Assembly: GCA_002269645.1 (NCBI GenBank)
Contig: NIVC01000384.1
Span: forward strand, 547,526 to 611,525
From: Macrostomum lignano
Taxonomy: Eukaryota
Length of the DNA stretch: 64,000 bases
Direction of reading: 5' to 3'
Under the pieces are notes generated by a model that was not told where the DNA came from, ran no database searches, and saw only the letters and a list, made by a program, of their open reading frames with translations. Positions 1-12,469 of the stretch are shown piece by piece (within the stretch, counting starts at the first letter, position 1; each line of letters starts with the position of its first letter). The translations under genes were made by a program, and so were the position numbers.

Positions 1-302
1 ATTGCTTCACTTTTTCGCGTTACTTCAAGTAGTAAGCAGCGACAGATCTTCAAAAGCGGATTGAGATCTCGTGTTTGTCTATAGCTTCTTCATGGTTTTA
101 AGAAATATACTACTTTTCTAGTAAAAAATGTTATACCACTTTTAAAAAACCACTGCTGTAATTTTCGTCGTTAAGGTGTTCACAGACACACCGGATGCTC
201 GTTAAAACGTCTCCGAAACGACTCTTCGATTTTTCGATTCTTCGAGCCGTTACTAATTACAGTGGATCTTCATCAAGCCATAAAAACGCTTCAAATGGTC
301 GC

Positions 303-387
303 CAAGCCATCACCAACATTTCAGATGTTCTTCAAGCCGTCACCAGCACTCCAGGTGTTCTTCAAGCCGTCACCAACACTCCAGATA
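303..387. repeat. 30-bp tandem repeat, ~3 copies
   Basis: Unit caagccgtcacca(g/a)cactccag(g/a)tgttctt. Confidence 0.7.
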
Positions 388-442
388 TCCTAACACATAA
401 TATGTATGTTCGCGATTCCATTATTGGCCTCAGAACATGGTT

Positions 443-1415
443 CTAAAGCTGCGTGCTGACCAGGACTCTCCTGGACACAGATCGGCACCGGTCAAAGGCA
501 GCGGTCGCAATGTTGTTGTTCAGCGCGGCCGTGGCTCGCTGCTGTGGCGTCGTCGGTCTCAGACAGCCGACAAGCTGCCTGCGGAAGGCCGAACTGCGAT
601 AGGCCAGCAGCAACCAGTTAGCACAGAGCTGGCAGACGATGACAGTCTCGCAGAAGTGGCACAGATGCGCCATCAACTTCAGCATATTCGGCTCCGTAGC
701 TGGATTGGCTGCCATGGCTTCTACAAGGGTTACAACAGCGAGGCAGGGCAGCGAACTAGCTAGGAGGGCTCCGGACAAGGCTAGGCACAGTGTGCAGCTT
801 CTCAGGCTGCCGTTCAGAGCCACAGGCGACACCGAGGTGCCTCTGATGTTCGATTCGGAGCCTAGCTCGGCGGCGAGCCTCTGACGACGGTGCTGCCGAA
901 TGAGGAGCACCCGGCGCAGCAGGGCCGCATTGGCCGCCAGGATGACCAACACGATCGCAGCCGGAGGGAAGTTCAAGCCAAAGCCCAGCAGGAGGTTCAG
1001 AGCCCTGCTAGGCGAGTTGGCCGTCTTCGAGCAGGCGATTCGCCCCGCCACCGTTGACCAGCCAGCCCTGATCGGCGCGTGCGTTGCTATGGCAACAGTT
1101 GTTAAGCTGACGTAGCAGCAGACTCGAACGGCGGCGCGTCGGCCTCGAGTGTAAAGTTGAAAGGGCCGGTGCATGGCCAGGACCCGATCGCAGCACATGG
1201 CGGCGAACAAGGCGTAGGCGGTCAGGCTGGTCCAGGCCTGCAGGAACTGGTCCACGCGGCAGGCCAAGTCGGAAGCGTTCCCAACGATCCAACCGGCCGA
1301 GCCGTTGGTGAGCCAGGGCAGGCCGCAGGGCAGGAGGAAGTGAAACACGCCGAACACGACGCCGACTGAGCAGTTTGCGGCGGAGATGGCGCTGAGGTAG
1401 ACAATCTGGCGGGAC
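443..1415 (-). CDS. GPCR-1 exon 2 (TM2-TM7 + C-tail); spliced protein 402 aa
   Basis: Acceptor tttaactaccgcctgcgcAG| at 1416. Six hydrophobic segments, CDRVLAMHRPF (DRY-like), TM3/ECL2 cysteines and a helix-8-like RSSAFRRQL. Exon lengths 236+973=1209 nt, divisible by 3. Confidence 0.9.
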
Positions 1416-1764
1416 CTGCGCAGGCGGTAGTTAAACGGCTTTCTTGAGCTACTCTGGTCTGGTAAACACATTTCTTTGATCGAGAGTTCTTGAAATGGAA
1501 ATATACGAGTAATTTTGATAAGAAGATGCAAATAACCTACACTAGGATTGTGTTATTAAGACAATCGGAGTACAAACGGATCGAATGTTGTGTCGATTGC
1601 CTCTCACAAACAGACAGAAGAAAATGGTAAATGCACTAAAGGAGGAAACTTCATTGACTTGTGAAGGGCCATTCTTAATTGATATGTGTCATCACTGAGC
1701 ACACCCTCCTTACTAGACATCTCAACAGGTTGATGCAAATAGACTACCAGCAGAGCTTTCTAAC

Positions 1765-2000
1765 CTAGAATCCTTCACGACTCTAACCAGCAGCAGTCTG
1801 GTTGCTAGCGCGTTGCCAGGCAGGCCCAGGAGCAGAAAGCCGATCAGAGGAACGCCGGCCAGGATACCCAGAGCAGATGCGGCCACGCAGAGCATTTGCC
1901 CGCTGCTGCTCGATACGGAAGAGTCACAGTCTCTTAACAGCGATTGAAGCGTTCTCAGAAATCTGCCACCGGACTCAACGCTGTCACTCGAATCGTTCAT
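1765..2000 (-). CDS. GPCR-1 exon 1 (N-terminus + TM1) of a rhodopsin-class orphan GPCR
   Basis: ATG at 2000. N-glycosylation sequon NDS and TM1 GILAGVPLIGFLLLGLPGNAL (GN motif). Donor AG|GTTAGA at 1765/1764. The phase-2 join to 1415 gives ...KDSRSRQIVYL, collinear with KERRTRQSVYL of the paralogs. Confidence 0.85.
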
Positions 2001-5000
2001 GACTTGTGAAAGAAACTTCTTGTAGATTTCAGTCTTAGACTTAGGCTTTTAAGGGCTGCTATTTAAATACATGTTCTGTTGTGACGTTGAAGCCCAAGCT
2101 TCTGGGAAAACTTCCACCCACCTGTTTCGATGTTTTGCTTCAAGAGCTTTAAGACTCTTTGATGTCAGCTGTAATGAAGGTTTGAATTGGAAAAGCAATT
2201 AGCAAATGAGTTTTAATCAAAGCGCGAGATCCGGTCCGACTGTTTGAAGTCAAAGTTGATTTGCTGCTCAAAAAGAGCCCGTTAGCACGGGTAGCTCTGA
2301 AATCGAATTTCAAATGACACAATGATGCTAACACAAAACAAGACCTTAGACGTAACTGGAAATTGGTTTCAGTTACTACCTCGCTGTGACATTCCGTCAT
2401 ACAACGTATGTACGGTAAGAAAGAAGTCAATACTGAGGTTTTCTCCAGAAAGAGCTCAGCCCAGAGCTGAACAATAAACAACAAAATTAGGAGCTGTTTG
2501 CGCGTCTATTTGTAGTAGATCAACCTGGGGTGGTCGCGTGAAAAATGCACCAAATTTCACACTCACGTGTTGGGATTCTGTACGGATTCTGCATGCGTGC
2601 AAACAAATGAAAACTTTATATTTAATAGTCAAAATCATACACATCGATATTCTTGGCCTGACAAAGAGCCCAGAGGCTCAAAACCAGTAGCCTATATCGC
2701 TTGTACGAAATTTGTAACACGCCGTGATCTCTCTTCTCTCTCTACCTCTCTCCTCTCTCCTCTCTCTCTCCCTCTCTCTGATGAGTGAGAAGGGCGGCGG
2801 GAAACGCCTCTCAGTTAAAGCGTCAAAGCCTAATAAGGCCATGACATGGGTTAGGCCAAAGACATCTAAAAGCGCAGACATTACAGGCACTACCATCGGG
2901 TGTAGTCACGGTTGACGTTGTCTCACGCTTTTGACTGGCAACTTAAACAGTGAATGGCGCCAACTCGTTTCTGGTTCGCTCGGTCCCATCTAGCCGAACC
3001 AACGCTACCATATGCGTATTCCAAGATTTACCGTTATTATAGATGTCCAGTGCTGGTTGGCAGTGAGAAGGAGAGAGTAACGCGTCGAGATGCATACTTG
3101 CGATAGAGGTCCCTCAGTTAAAAGCCACCTGGTAGTCCAAAATGCTTCCCAATCAGCCATAGCCGTGCGTACAAATGGCTCCGGATATTCGACAACCAAG
3201 AAGTCCATTTGACCACATGTAATCTCCAATGGTTGTTTAATCCAATTCGTCCTTGCCCTCCGCAGTAGACATTCTCATAGCAAGCGTCTAAAGCTTTTGC
3301 CATCTGAGATTGGCATCTGCTGCAGGCGACATGTGGATCACAAAGCCTCTCTATCCGGCCCTTGGGTCCTTTGAAACTTAGAAAAGCAATCTGGTCCACT
3401 CAAATTTTGTTGTCTCATTTCAGCTCTCTGCTCTCTAATATCCTCTCATCCCTTTCTCTCCTCTCATCTCTTCTCCTCTCATCTCTTCTCCTCTCGTCTC
3501 CTTTCCTCCCTTATTTTCTCACCTCGCCTTTCTCCTAGCAATCTCCCTTCTCTATTCCCTCTCCTCTCTCCCCATCCTCTGGCCCGCAGGCCATGAAGTA
3601 ATGAAATTAAGTAAACATAATACAAAAAATTTTAAAAGACATAAAAGTGAGAGGGAGACCTGCTTTCAGGAGTCTATGTCAAAACTAAAGATAAAGAGCC
3701 AAAAGTTATAAACAAAGGCATCTGTGAAAGTATCTTAGTCAACAATGAATAAGAATTAGCAAGGAAAAAAATCGAGAAATTAAATGCACAGAAATTCGGG
3801 CCAATCCTTAAAAATCGGGCAATCGGTCCATTTCCAATTCGGGCCTTGTTCCCACCACTGCACTCCTTCTCTTCTTTCAATTTACCGTTGCAGTACAGCT
3901 TGCGGAAAACTAAAAACTTATTGTCCTGTAACCGGCACAGTACAGGCCATAGATGAAGAATACTTCATTTTTCGTTCGTTTTCTCTTCGCTTTAATTTCA
4001 AGGACCACTAAGGAATTTTAATTCTTTTGCACGATTTGGAAGTGTTGGCTGATGCGTCTTTCTAGTCTAGTATAATAGTTCTTGTTTAGTTTTTTCTCTA
4101 TGGATAATATTAATCATTTTCTAGTGTCTATGGCCACGTCCAAAGATCTAGCGACTCGCAATTTAGCTATTTTTGTACTTCTATTATTCAACTAAAGGCA
4201 TACCTAGTTATTCAAAGAGTTTGCAGTGAGTCGAAGCCGAGGTCAATAATCGAGACACGAATGCATTTTCTATGCAAGACTACACTGTACTGTACGAGTT
4301 AGTTACATGTACATGTACTTCATTCATTCATTCGTAGGTAAAAGCGTTTCAGCCCTAACGGGGCTCTTACGCTAATAATTTTTTTTTGGTTTCGAAGTTA
4401 GGGTGACGAGCTAGTTACATGTACTTCAAGGAAATTAAGATATAACACAGCACGCTAATAAGCGCCACCCCACGATAATGTAATAACAAAATTAGGCAGG
4501 TGTAGACTACTTAAAGTAGGGTCATTGCGTATAGTTACACATGTATAGGTAAAAATAAAGCATATTATCGATACATATAGGCAAATGCAGGCATAGTGCT
4601 CATGAAAATGAAGCATAACACGATACATATCGGTATATTTTGCGCATAATTTAGGAACGTATTGAAGCAAATTAAGCATACTTTCGGTATAAATCGCTAA
4701 TATTGAAGCATAAAATAGGCGCATACTGAGGCAAAATTAAGAATATATTGATGCATAGGCAGAAATATCGACAAAATACACGCAATTTAGACTAAAAAAA
4801 GTATACAAATTAGGTGAAATGGCATATAGATAAGAAATTCTAGGGTAGCAATGACACGGATCTTATCAGGCCACTCCCATCCAGAGACAGAGGACAGAGC
4901 CTCCAAATGTTGTTTTTAACCCCAGAGGGGAACCCTGAGCAGGGTACAAAGACCAAAATCGTGTTTTGAGGGGATCCGCATTGGAGTAGAGTGCAGAGAG

Positions 5001-7765
5001 GTGGACGGGGCGGGTCGGAGGCCTCGTACAGAGTGGCAGGTCTTATCACTCCGGAAAATCATACGGGCGGCTGACAACCCCCGCACACCCTCTTAGTCAT
5101 TACCCGTTGAAAAGTCTTGTCCATCTCAAGGGTCTTATCGCGCAGCTGGCCTTGTCGCGCCTGAACTGGGCCTGGGGCAGACGGACAGAGCCCCACACAG
5201 ACCATATAAATGATAAAATATAGACCATTAAAGTGAAAAAAGTGGGCCATTTCCCCATGAGTCCCTGGTCGTGCCGTGTCAATTCGTGAAAGTGAGTCCT
5301 GCAGAACATAACTTCAGGCTTGTCTTTGTGCGCTATGTCAATCACAAGATAGACTTAGATAGAATAACTCGCGTTGGTTTGTTGCCAACAAGAATTTGTC
5401 GTTCAGAATAGGGATTGCAATCCCGGGATCCCGGGATCGCAAAAAAACGGGAATTTGCAATCCCTGCAATCCGCTTTTGCGTTCCCAAAAAACAAAGCTT
5501 TAGATATTACAAGGACTAACTGGACTAACTGGAAATTCAAAACACATCGTACTCCATATGTTTTTTTATCATGAAAGACAATAGTATGGGATTTTTCCTA
5601 GATCCCTACTATTCTCTCTTCCCCCAATTTTCCTCTTACCTGCTAGTTCATTCAGTCTACTAGCAGAACGAGCCTAGCATGCCTGGTCTGTTATCTGTTA
5701 TTGGCCTGTGCCTGTCCCCTGTCCCACACGGACTCTCAAGGCAAGGATTTCTCTATAGCTAGAACTAGAAGGTCCGGGTCCGAGTGCCTCCACATAAGAG
5801 TTGGTGGTCCAGCTACTAGATCTACATGTATATCTCTATGCGAGAACCAGCTCTGGCAATCTCCAATTGGCCCGCAGCCCCACCCAACCCTGTCTCTGAA
5901 GTGGCCTATATAACAAATTCCCACCCTCCTGCGAACCTATAGGCTTTTTCTCGAAACCCTGCTGTAAACATGTCCCGCCGCGCTCTGTCCACACTCTGGG
6001 TAAACAACCAACCAACCCTCCAACGAGTTGACATCCATCCATCGACGGGGATATCCCTGAACACATTATCTCCCTAGGTAGTGTGTGTGACGGTCCTGAT
6101 AATTGGCATAGTGAACAATACATGGCATAAGTTCCCGCTAGTAACGATAACGACTCTGAGATATTCGATTTACCCCTGGTCTAAGGCTTTGCTTTTGGTG
6201 GGGTCTCTAGCGAGACCCTCGATAACGCCTCCGGCCCAGTCTCTCCTACATCCCTCGCTGCGGGAGATCTTCTCCGATGACGACCAGTCTAGCGAGATTG
6301 CCGAGGCCCGACAGCACTTTGGCAGCATTGTCCAATCATTTTACAGCCGGGATATTGACTGGTTGAGGTCTCGGCACCCTGGTGGTCTGCCTACTCCTGA
6401 GACCTTTATCCAGGCCTTTGACCGGGCTCTCGATACTATATAGCCTCGAGGTCTGGCGGTCTGGTCGAGGTTCAGGAGGCCTAGACAGTGTACCAGGACT
6501 GGCTGATGGGCCGGAATTCGTATGCGGAAGACCCCGAGGCTACCTGGCTGGTCCTGACACGCGCCCGACTGCTTTGGTTACGCCCGACCTCGATTTGGTA
6601 AGTTGATTGCGAATTTCATATACGCTGCATATTTCCTATATTGAATACTAGCGAGTTTTACTATCTATCTAGCTAGAATACTAGCTAGTATTGAATACTA
6701 GCGTGAGACCAATACTTCAATATTGTTTACTTTAACAGTCGGTGGACTACCGATTCGTGTCCGACAGAAGATGAGGCTGCGTTACGACACTGCCCTGACG
6801 AAGCGAGGGGCGGACGGAGGAGGTTGTGATCGAGTTTGACAAGGGGTTGCGGCTGTCCTACATAGTTGTTAAAAGTATATAGTCCACTAGATTAATACAA
6901 TAATAGAAAAATGAGCTGTAAACCTCCCTTTTGCTTCCCCTGGCCCTAACCGCGCTTAATGTGTGAATTTGTGTCAGTATGCGCCAATATATGCTTAATT
7001 TTTACCTACTTTTGTTTCTATGTGCATTGTATGAGCTATCATTCTTAATTTTGTCTCAGTAATATACTTTATTTTCTGTAAAGTGGAAGGCCCTTTCTAT
7101 TTCTATTTTGTGCGAAAATACTTAAACTTCACGCACCTCATCAAAAACGATTTGTTTTTTTCTGAGAATGAAGTAGAAGGAGCATATACCGTGTATACTA
7201 CTGATAAGAAGGATAACCGAAGAAAAGCGAAGTAGATCTCGAAGCATGCATATAGAATACCGAAGGCCGTGAGCCTTTAATCTCGGGAACGCCCTGGACT
7301 GGAATATATACATGCAATAAATATACTATACTATAGCAACAGTAATATACCGCTCAGGCCTACAAATAACGCTACCAGTGCAGAGAGTAAGAACGCTACC
7401 AGTAACGAGTAAGGAATATACTTAGATATATACTCAGACCAAATACTTAGACCTATAGTTAGACTGATACTTAGACCTATACTACTATACTAGTAATATA
7501 TTTGGAAAGGTAATTATTAGCCATGCGCAAAAACCTTGTCTATAACGCTATCGTTTTGTAGGTCTTTGATAAAATGTCTTCTGGTCTTATTACAGATGAG
7601 ATCAGTAGGGAACTCGAAAAGCTGAGGTGGAGCTCAGAACCTCAAACAAGCTACGTGTAGTATAATTTTTTACGGACCAATCAGTGCAACCCGTTTGCAA
7701 TGCTCCCGTTTATAAACCAATGTCTCAGCTCAAGACAAATAATCTCTCCAAGTGAACACCTTGTC

Positions 7766-8294
7766 ATGGACAAACTAGGCAACAACCTGACGTCAACCGG
7801 TGGAGATGAGGCGGTCCAGGTGTTCAGCCAGTCTCTTATTTCTGCTTTGGAAATCTGCTGGACTGGCGGGGACTCCGCTTCCCGCCGCCTCCTGTGCGCT
7901 CTGTCCTCAGTACTCGGCATTCTTTCGGGCATCCCGACGCTCGTCGTCGTGCTGATTGGAGCGCCTGGCAACGCCCTGTCTGCCTGGCTGCTGCTCCTTC
8001 GAGCTCGCGCCAAGGAGCGCCGGACGCGCCAGAGCGTCTACCTGGGCGCCGCGTCGGCCGCGAACTGCGGCGCGGTGCTGAGCTACGGGCTGCTGCAGTT
8101 CTTCCTGCCCTACGGCCTGCCGTGGCTTAGCGGCGGCTCAGCCGGTCTGATTATCGGCGACGTGTCCGATGCTGCCTGTCAGACAGTCAGCTTCCTGATG
8201 GCCTGGCTGATCCTGCTGGCATATGGGCTGCTCACCGCAATGGCGTGCGACAGAGCGTTGGCCATGTGGCGCCCGTTCCGCAGTCAGCGGCTCG
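7766..8294 (+). CDS. GPCR-2 exon 1 (N-terminus, TM1-TM3)
   Basis: ATG 7766 (MDKLGNNLT, NLT sequon); an in-frame ATG at 7700 is an alternative start. GAPGNAL and CDRALAMWRPF motifs. Donor G|GTAATG at 8294/8295, phase 1. Confidence 0.85.
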
Positions 8295-8314
8295 GTAATG
8301 ACGCTTGGGAAACT
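7886..8314 (+). repeat. 429-bp inverted repeat, copy A (GPCR-2 TM1-TM3 + 20 nt of intron)
   Basis: Reverse complement of 15672-16100; four mismatches found by eye. Confidence 0.95.
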
Positions 8315-8370
8315 GCTCCAGCTGAGCTATCTGGTTCTTTAGATTGGGTTGCTCGGGGATAAGTGCTGTG

Positions 8371-8785
8371 TACTTGGTTTTAAATGAGTTTAATTGGTCC
8401 TTCATACATGTATTGTTTACCTGGTCTTTCATGTTGTTTACTTGGTCCTTCATGTTGTTTACTTGGTCCTTCATGTTGTTTACTTGGTCCTTCATGTTGT
8501 TTACTTGGTCCTTCATGTTGTTTACTTGGTCCTTCATGTTGTTTTCTTGGTCCTTCATGTTGTTTACTTGGTCCTTCATGTTGTTTACTTGGTCCTTCAT
8601 GTTGTTTACTTGGTCCTTCATGTTGTTTACTTGGTCCTTCATGTTGTTTACTTGGTCCTTCATGTTGTTTACTTGGTCCTTCATGTTGTTTACTTGGTCC
8701 TTTATATTGCCTACTTGGTTTTACATGAGTTTACTTGGTCCTTAAAGTTGTTTTCTTGGTTATAAATGAGTTTATTTGGTCCTGT
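8371..8785. repeat. 21-bp minisatellite in the GPCR-2 intron
   Basis: Unit tggtccttcatgttgtttact; homogeneous 8420-8705, degenerate edges. Confidence 0.95.
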
Positions 8786-9629
8786 TGTTTGACAACTCAG
8801 CCATCGGGTTATGAAGTTATGAAGCTTGCGTGATGTGTCAGGGACGTCAAGTGCAAACGTTAGAGCAAACGGAAACAGCTCATTAAAATTCTTTTTTGGC
8901 GGATGGCTGGAATCGATTGAGACTATCAGAAATGTCAGACTGTCTGCAGACTGTCAAACATGGGTAAAAAGGCGCTTTTGATTCTCTTTCAACTGAATCT
9001 GTCCACTACAGAAACTATACGTATGCATTCAAACTGCAGACTATAAATTAATTTCGAAGGCTGCTGTCCCTGTTAATCAGTTTACAGCCGTTCCATCGAA
9101 ATCAAACCCAACGCTCGGAGACTTATATGTGATTGAATACAGTGAGTGATTCGAGAGATAGATCCGCCGTCATGATCGATTTTTAGATGTCCATGGTTCC
9201 AGTCCAGTTTTAGGTCTTTTTTCCTGAGGCCTACAAGTAACTTTAACTGTGTGTACTGTGAAACTACCATCGAATTTTATGCAAGTCTACAAATCCGTGT
9301 ATATTGGAGAGTTCAGAGCACCTACGCAGACAATATGCTGGTTCGGGAAGTTGTTATGCAGGAAGTTTTTGATCTGCAAACAGACTTTATTGGCTTCGGC
9401 ATCATTTTACAGAAAAACGGTCTATAATGTAAATTATTTTTTCATTTTTACGAAAATTGACTGTCAGACATTTGACTGTCACAATTTGGCTGCACAAGTT
9501 CAAAATTAGTCAAACCATCGGCAGTCAAATAGCTGATAAAGATGTATCCCTTGTTTCTGGAGTTCCTTTTGAAGAATAAAAAATCAGAAAATGCCGCTTA
9601 AAAAGTGTCATTGAATGCTCACCTACCAG

Positions 9630-10252
9630 GTCGCGGATCGGCCATCCAAGTGAGCTCGTTGATCTCCCTGGCAACCGGAATCGTGGCCAGCTACGCCCTC
9701 GCTGTGACTCGCTGGACGAGTAGCAATTCGACATCCTGCTCAAAGAATCCGTTCGAATCAGCTGTCCCAGCCGGCTTCAATGTCTTCTATGGCATCTGGC
9801 TCGGCTTCCCACCGGCGCTGCTGGTGCTGAGCATATTGGCCGCCAACGCCACCCTCCTGGCTCGAGTAGTGCGGGTTCGCCGGATTCACCAGCAGCTGGT
9901 GGCCACAAATCGGTCGGGTCAGCAGAGTCAGGCGCGTTGCCGAGTCAGGATGCTGGGCAACAGCAGCATCCGGAGCAGCATGCTCTGTCTGGCCGTCTCT
10001 GGGGCCTCGCTGGCCATATCGCTACCGTGCGTCGCTATGACAACGCTGGCCTCCTCGCTCAGCCTGCGGCCCAGCGCAGACCCGACTCTGCTGCCTGCCG
10101 TCCTGCTGCTCTGCCACATCAGCGAGCTGCTGGTTGTGTTCCAGCTGTCAATCAGCTGGATGCTGCTGGCCTGGCGAAGCTCCGAGTTCAGCTGTCGGCT
10201 GCTTCGATGCCTGAACTGCCAGATGCATGCCGGAGCTGGAGCTAGTGGTTAG
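9630..10252 (+). CDS. GPCR-2 exon 2 (TM4-TM7 + short C-tail); spliced protein 383 aa from ATG 7766
   Basis: Acceptor ctcacctaccAG| at 9629. The phase-1 join gives RPFRSQRLGRGSAIQV, gap-free against GPCR-1 RPFQLYTRGRRAAVRV. Four TM segments homologous to GPCR-1 and GPCR-3. Confidence 0.88.
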
Positions 10253-10512
10253 AGCGTCGGACTCATGAATGAAAGGTCGGAGGTTCGATTCTAAACCCAT
10301 ATGAACAATCTGTGTCCTGAGCATTGCTTCAGTTCACCCAGCTGTAAAGTGGGTGCCAGCATTAGCTGGGATAATTGAGGGTGTGTGGAGACCCCCCAGT
10401 CCTTGGACTGAACAGCCGTTATGCAGCCTTCAGATGAGCCCGCGCCAAATAGCTGCGGCTGAGCTGTCGGTCGCACATCTGCCCGCAGGTGTAATCAATT
10501 ATTATTATTACT
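10232..10512 (+). mobile_element. tRNA-derived CORE-type SINE, copy 1 (internally deleted)
   Basis: A box (agctagtgg) and B box (ggttcgattc), body ttgcttcagttcacccagctgtaaagtggg, and an (ATT)n tail. Homologous to 58168-58479 and 61491-61757. Confidence 0.85.
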
Positions 10513-11699
10513 ATTGAAAAGTAGGAAAAGCCCATAAAGAACAGTTTGTACTGATTAATACAGTTCGATGAGCTAATAAACAAAACCCTTTTAAAGAGCC
10601 CGCGGGAAACTAACTTTCTGCTGCCCATTAGTGCAACGTATTCAAACATCTTAGTCTCAAACTATCCTATGCGTTCAATATAGCTGGTCGATAGTTGTAC
10701 GCAATAATGTACAGTCTAATGTACATGGAAAAAATCGTCCTCGACTGGAAAGGCTTTGCGTCGTGGATTGTGGATAGTCTATGGCCAGCCCTGCTGACCA
10801 CGCCGAATAAGAACGGATTTTATTAACTTCAGTGATCAATTCTTTCAAATTAATGAATTAATGGATAAATGATTCACAGTAAAATGAAAATTGGCGACTA
10901 CTGATAGCTAAAGTATATTGCAGCAATTAAAATATTTTTCGCGACAAGTGCTTATTGTGTACAATTGCGACAGAAGAAACTTATGAAGCTACTAAATAAA
11001 CTAATAACATTGAGAGCGTTAGTCAGTAAATATTCAATTGTAAGTTTATGAAATATATGTTTCACTTTCCTCCAAAAAAAGACGACGAACACGCGAGATT
11101 CAAAAGCTTAAAAAGTAAGCGTCGGGAAAAGTACGTTATTCTTTATTATTTACGCAAAAGATAACTTTACTGCATACAATAGTATGGAAATAAAATCATA
11201 AATTTGACTATACTACTCTCAAAGAAGTAGTATTAACCGTTTTGCCCTTTCCACCTAATTGGTTTATTTATTGAAACAGGCACACCGAGTGAGCAGGACC
11301 TTCTTATTGCCTTCGTCACTGTACGATCTTACCCGTCACTATTGTTGTACACTATGAATGAGAGAGTTTTCGAGTTATCTACAACTGGCAGTCGGACACA
11401 CTATTCTAGATTAGAGCAAACCAGCTTTTGACTTCTACCAGCTATAGAACTATCGACTTCAGTTTTCAATTAAGGATTAGAAACAAGTTCCATAGTAATG
11501 TGCTTTTCTTGCATTCCCTCACTTTCCCCACGCCTTTGCGACCCCACTGAGGGCTACTACTGTTGGTTTAGCAACCAGGTGTCTACCTAGTCTCCCGGAT
11601 AACACGTTTTCATAGTCTTTCAATACAATATTATCTGCAGTAATGTACTACGTAGACTACGTAGTTACTACGTTCGCACTTTAGGCGACTATTGTCGCA

Positions 11700-12005
11700 C
11701 AACCGTTGAGAGGCATTACTGACCATTCCGCCGACTCCCCTGAGCAAGCGCACAAGCGCGCGGATACGTACGCAGTCATACGCACAGGCACACACTCACA
11801 CAGGAGTGTACAGCGGCCCTAACTTTATTTATCGTTAGGCATGTACACCTAACTGTGCCTTGGGGGTTGGCCCCTATGGGCGTTAATTGCACGAGCAGAG
11901 CCAAGCCGAGATTCCAATTCAGCCCCAAGTTAATGTGACTGCACTAGGAATCGAGCCTGGGCTCCTGGCACATCAGAGCGCACCATTGGGCTGCGGCCTT
12001 CCCTC
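11700..12005 (-). mobile_element. Possible second tRNA-headed SINE-like element
   Basis: The minus strand has an A-box-like cagcccaatgg and a B-box-like ggctcgattcc (spacing shorter than a tRNA). The body 11723-11825 is related to 15528-15630. Confidence 0.35.
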
Positions 12006-12469
12006 AGGTTAGGTTGGGTATCAAGCTCTCCACTCCAACTCAGTCTTAGGCGTCAAGCAAGCTACCTAAAATACATGTATGCCAAATGTATCAACCTGCT
12101 GCTCATAGCAAGAGTACTAAAAAAGTGTAATATACTCAAGCCTAGCCATCAAGGCATGTATCTATTTCTGTTGTAGCACAGCACGACTCAAGGGATTATT
12201 GTACAGTGAAAGTGACGTTGTGCGTAAAAAACCGATGCATAGCTAAGGCGGGCTAGTCAACCCTACGAGTCAACCTCACTACCAACCAATCCGAACCTCT
12301 AGACGAGTTCCAGCGAATCACAGAGCGACGGCTAGCTCTGAAAGGAAACAAGGCCAAATGAACTCAAGCTTGTAAACATATCAACGTTTGAAGGCTGCGT
12401 AAATGAGTATAGTATGGGAGAAGGCTGGGGCAGAAGCGCTATACTACCGTCCAACAGACCAATCTGCTA

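Noticed and set aside
437-1404. Overlapping short ORFs on both strands within GPCR, Ly6 and ROR exons
   Set aside because: These are shadow ORFs of GC-rich coding sequence; the true frames are fixed by domain motifs.
1416-1531. Annotated ATG start of the 362-aa ORF (MHLLIKITRIF...)
   Set aside because: This segment is intronic. The ORF lacks TM1, which is supplied by the 1765-2000 exon.
2777-2810. CTGATGAG...GAAAC hammerhead-like words (also 7575-7612 and 15562)
   Set aside because: No stem II can form between the core motifs, or GAAA is absent.
3005-3399. Minus-strand ORFs with a PHVACSRC motif, and other fragments (6081-6443, 23010-23160, 30286-30396, 47746-47943) that might be transposase remnants
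   Set aside because: I could not recognise a catalytic or family motif with confidence; a translated homology search is needed.
8232-8765. ORFs such as (MKDQVNN)n, which mimic a heptad coiled coil
   Set aside because: They are translations of a 21-bp minisatellite open in several frames and lie inside the phase-consistent GPCR-2 intron.
10238-10292. Possible tRNA genes at SINE heads (also 58420-58476 and 61695-61757)
   Set aside because: The anticodon and acceptor stems do not pair, and each continues into the same SINE body.
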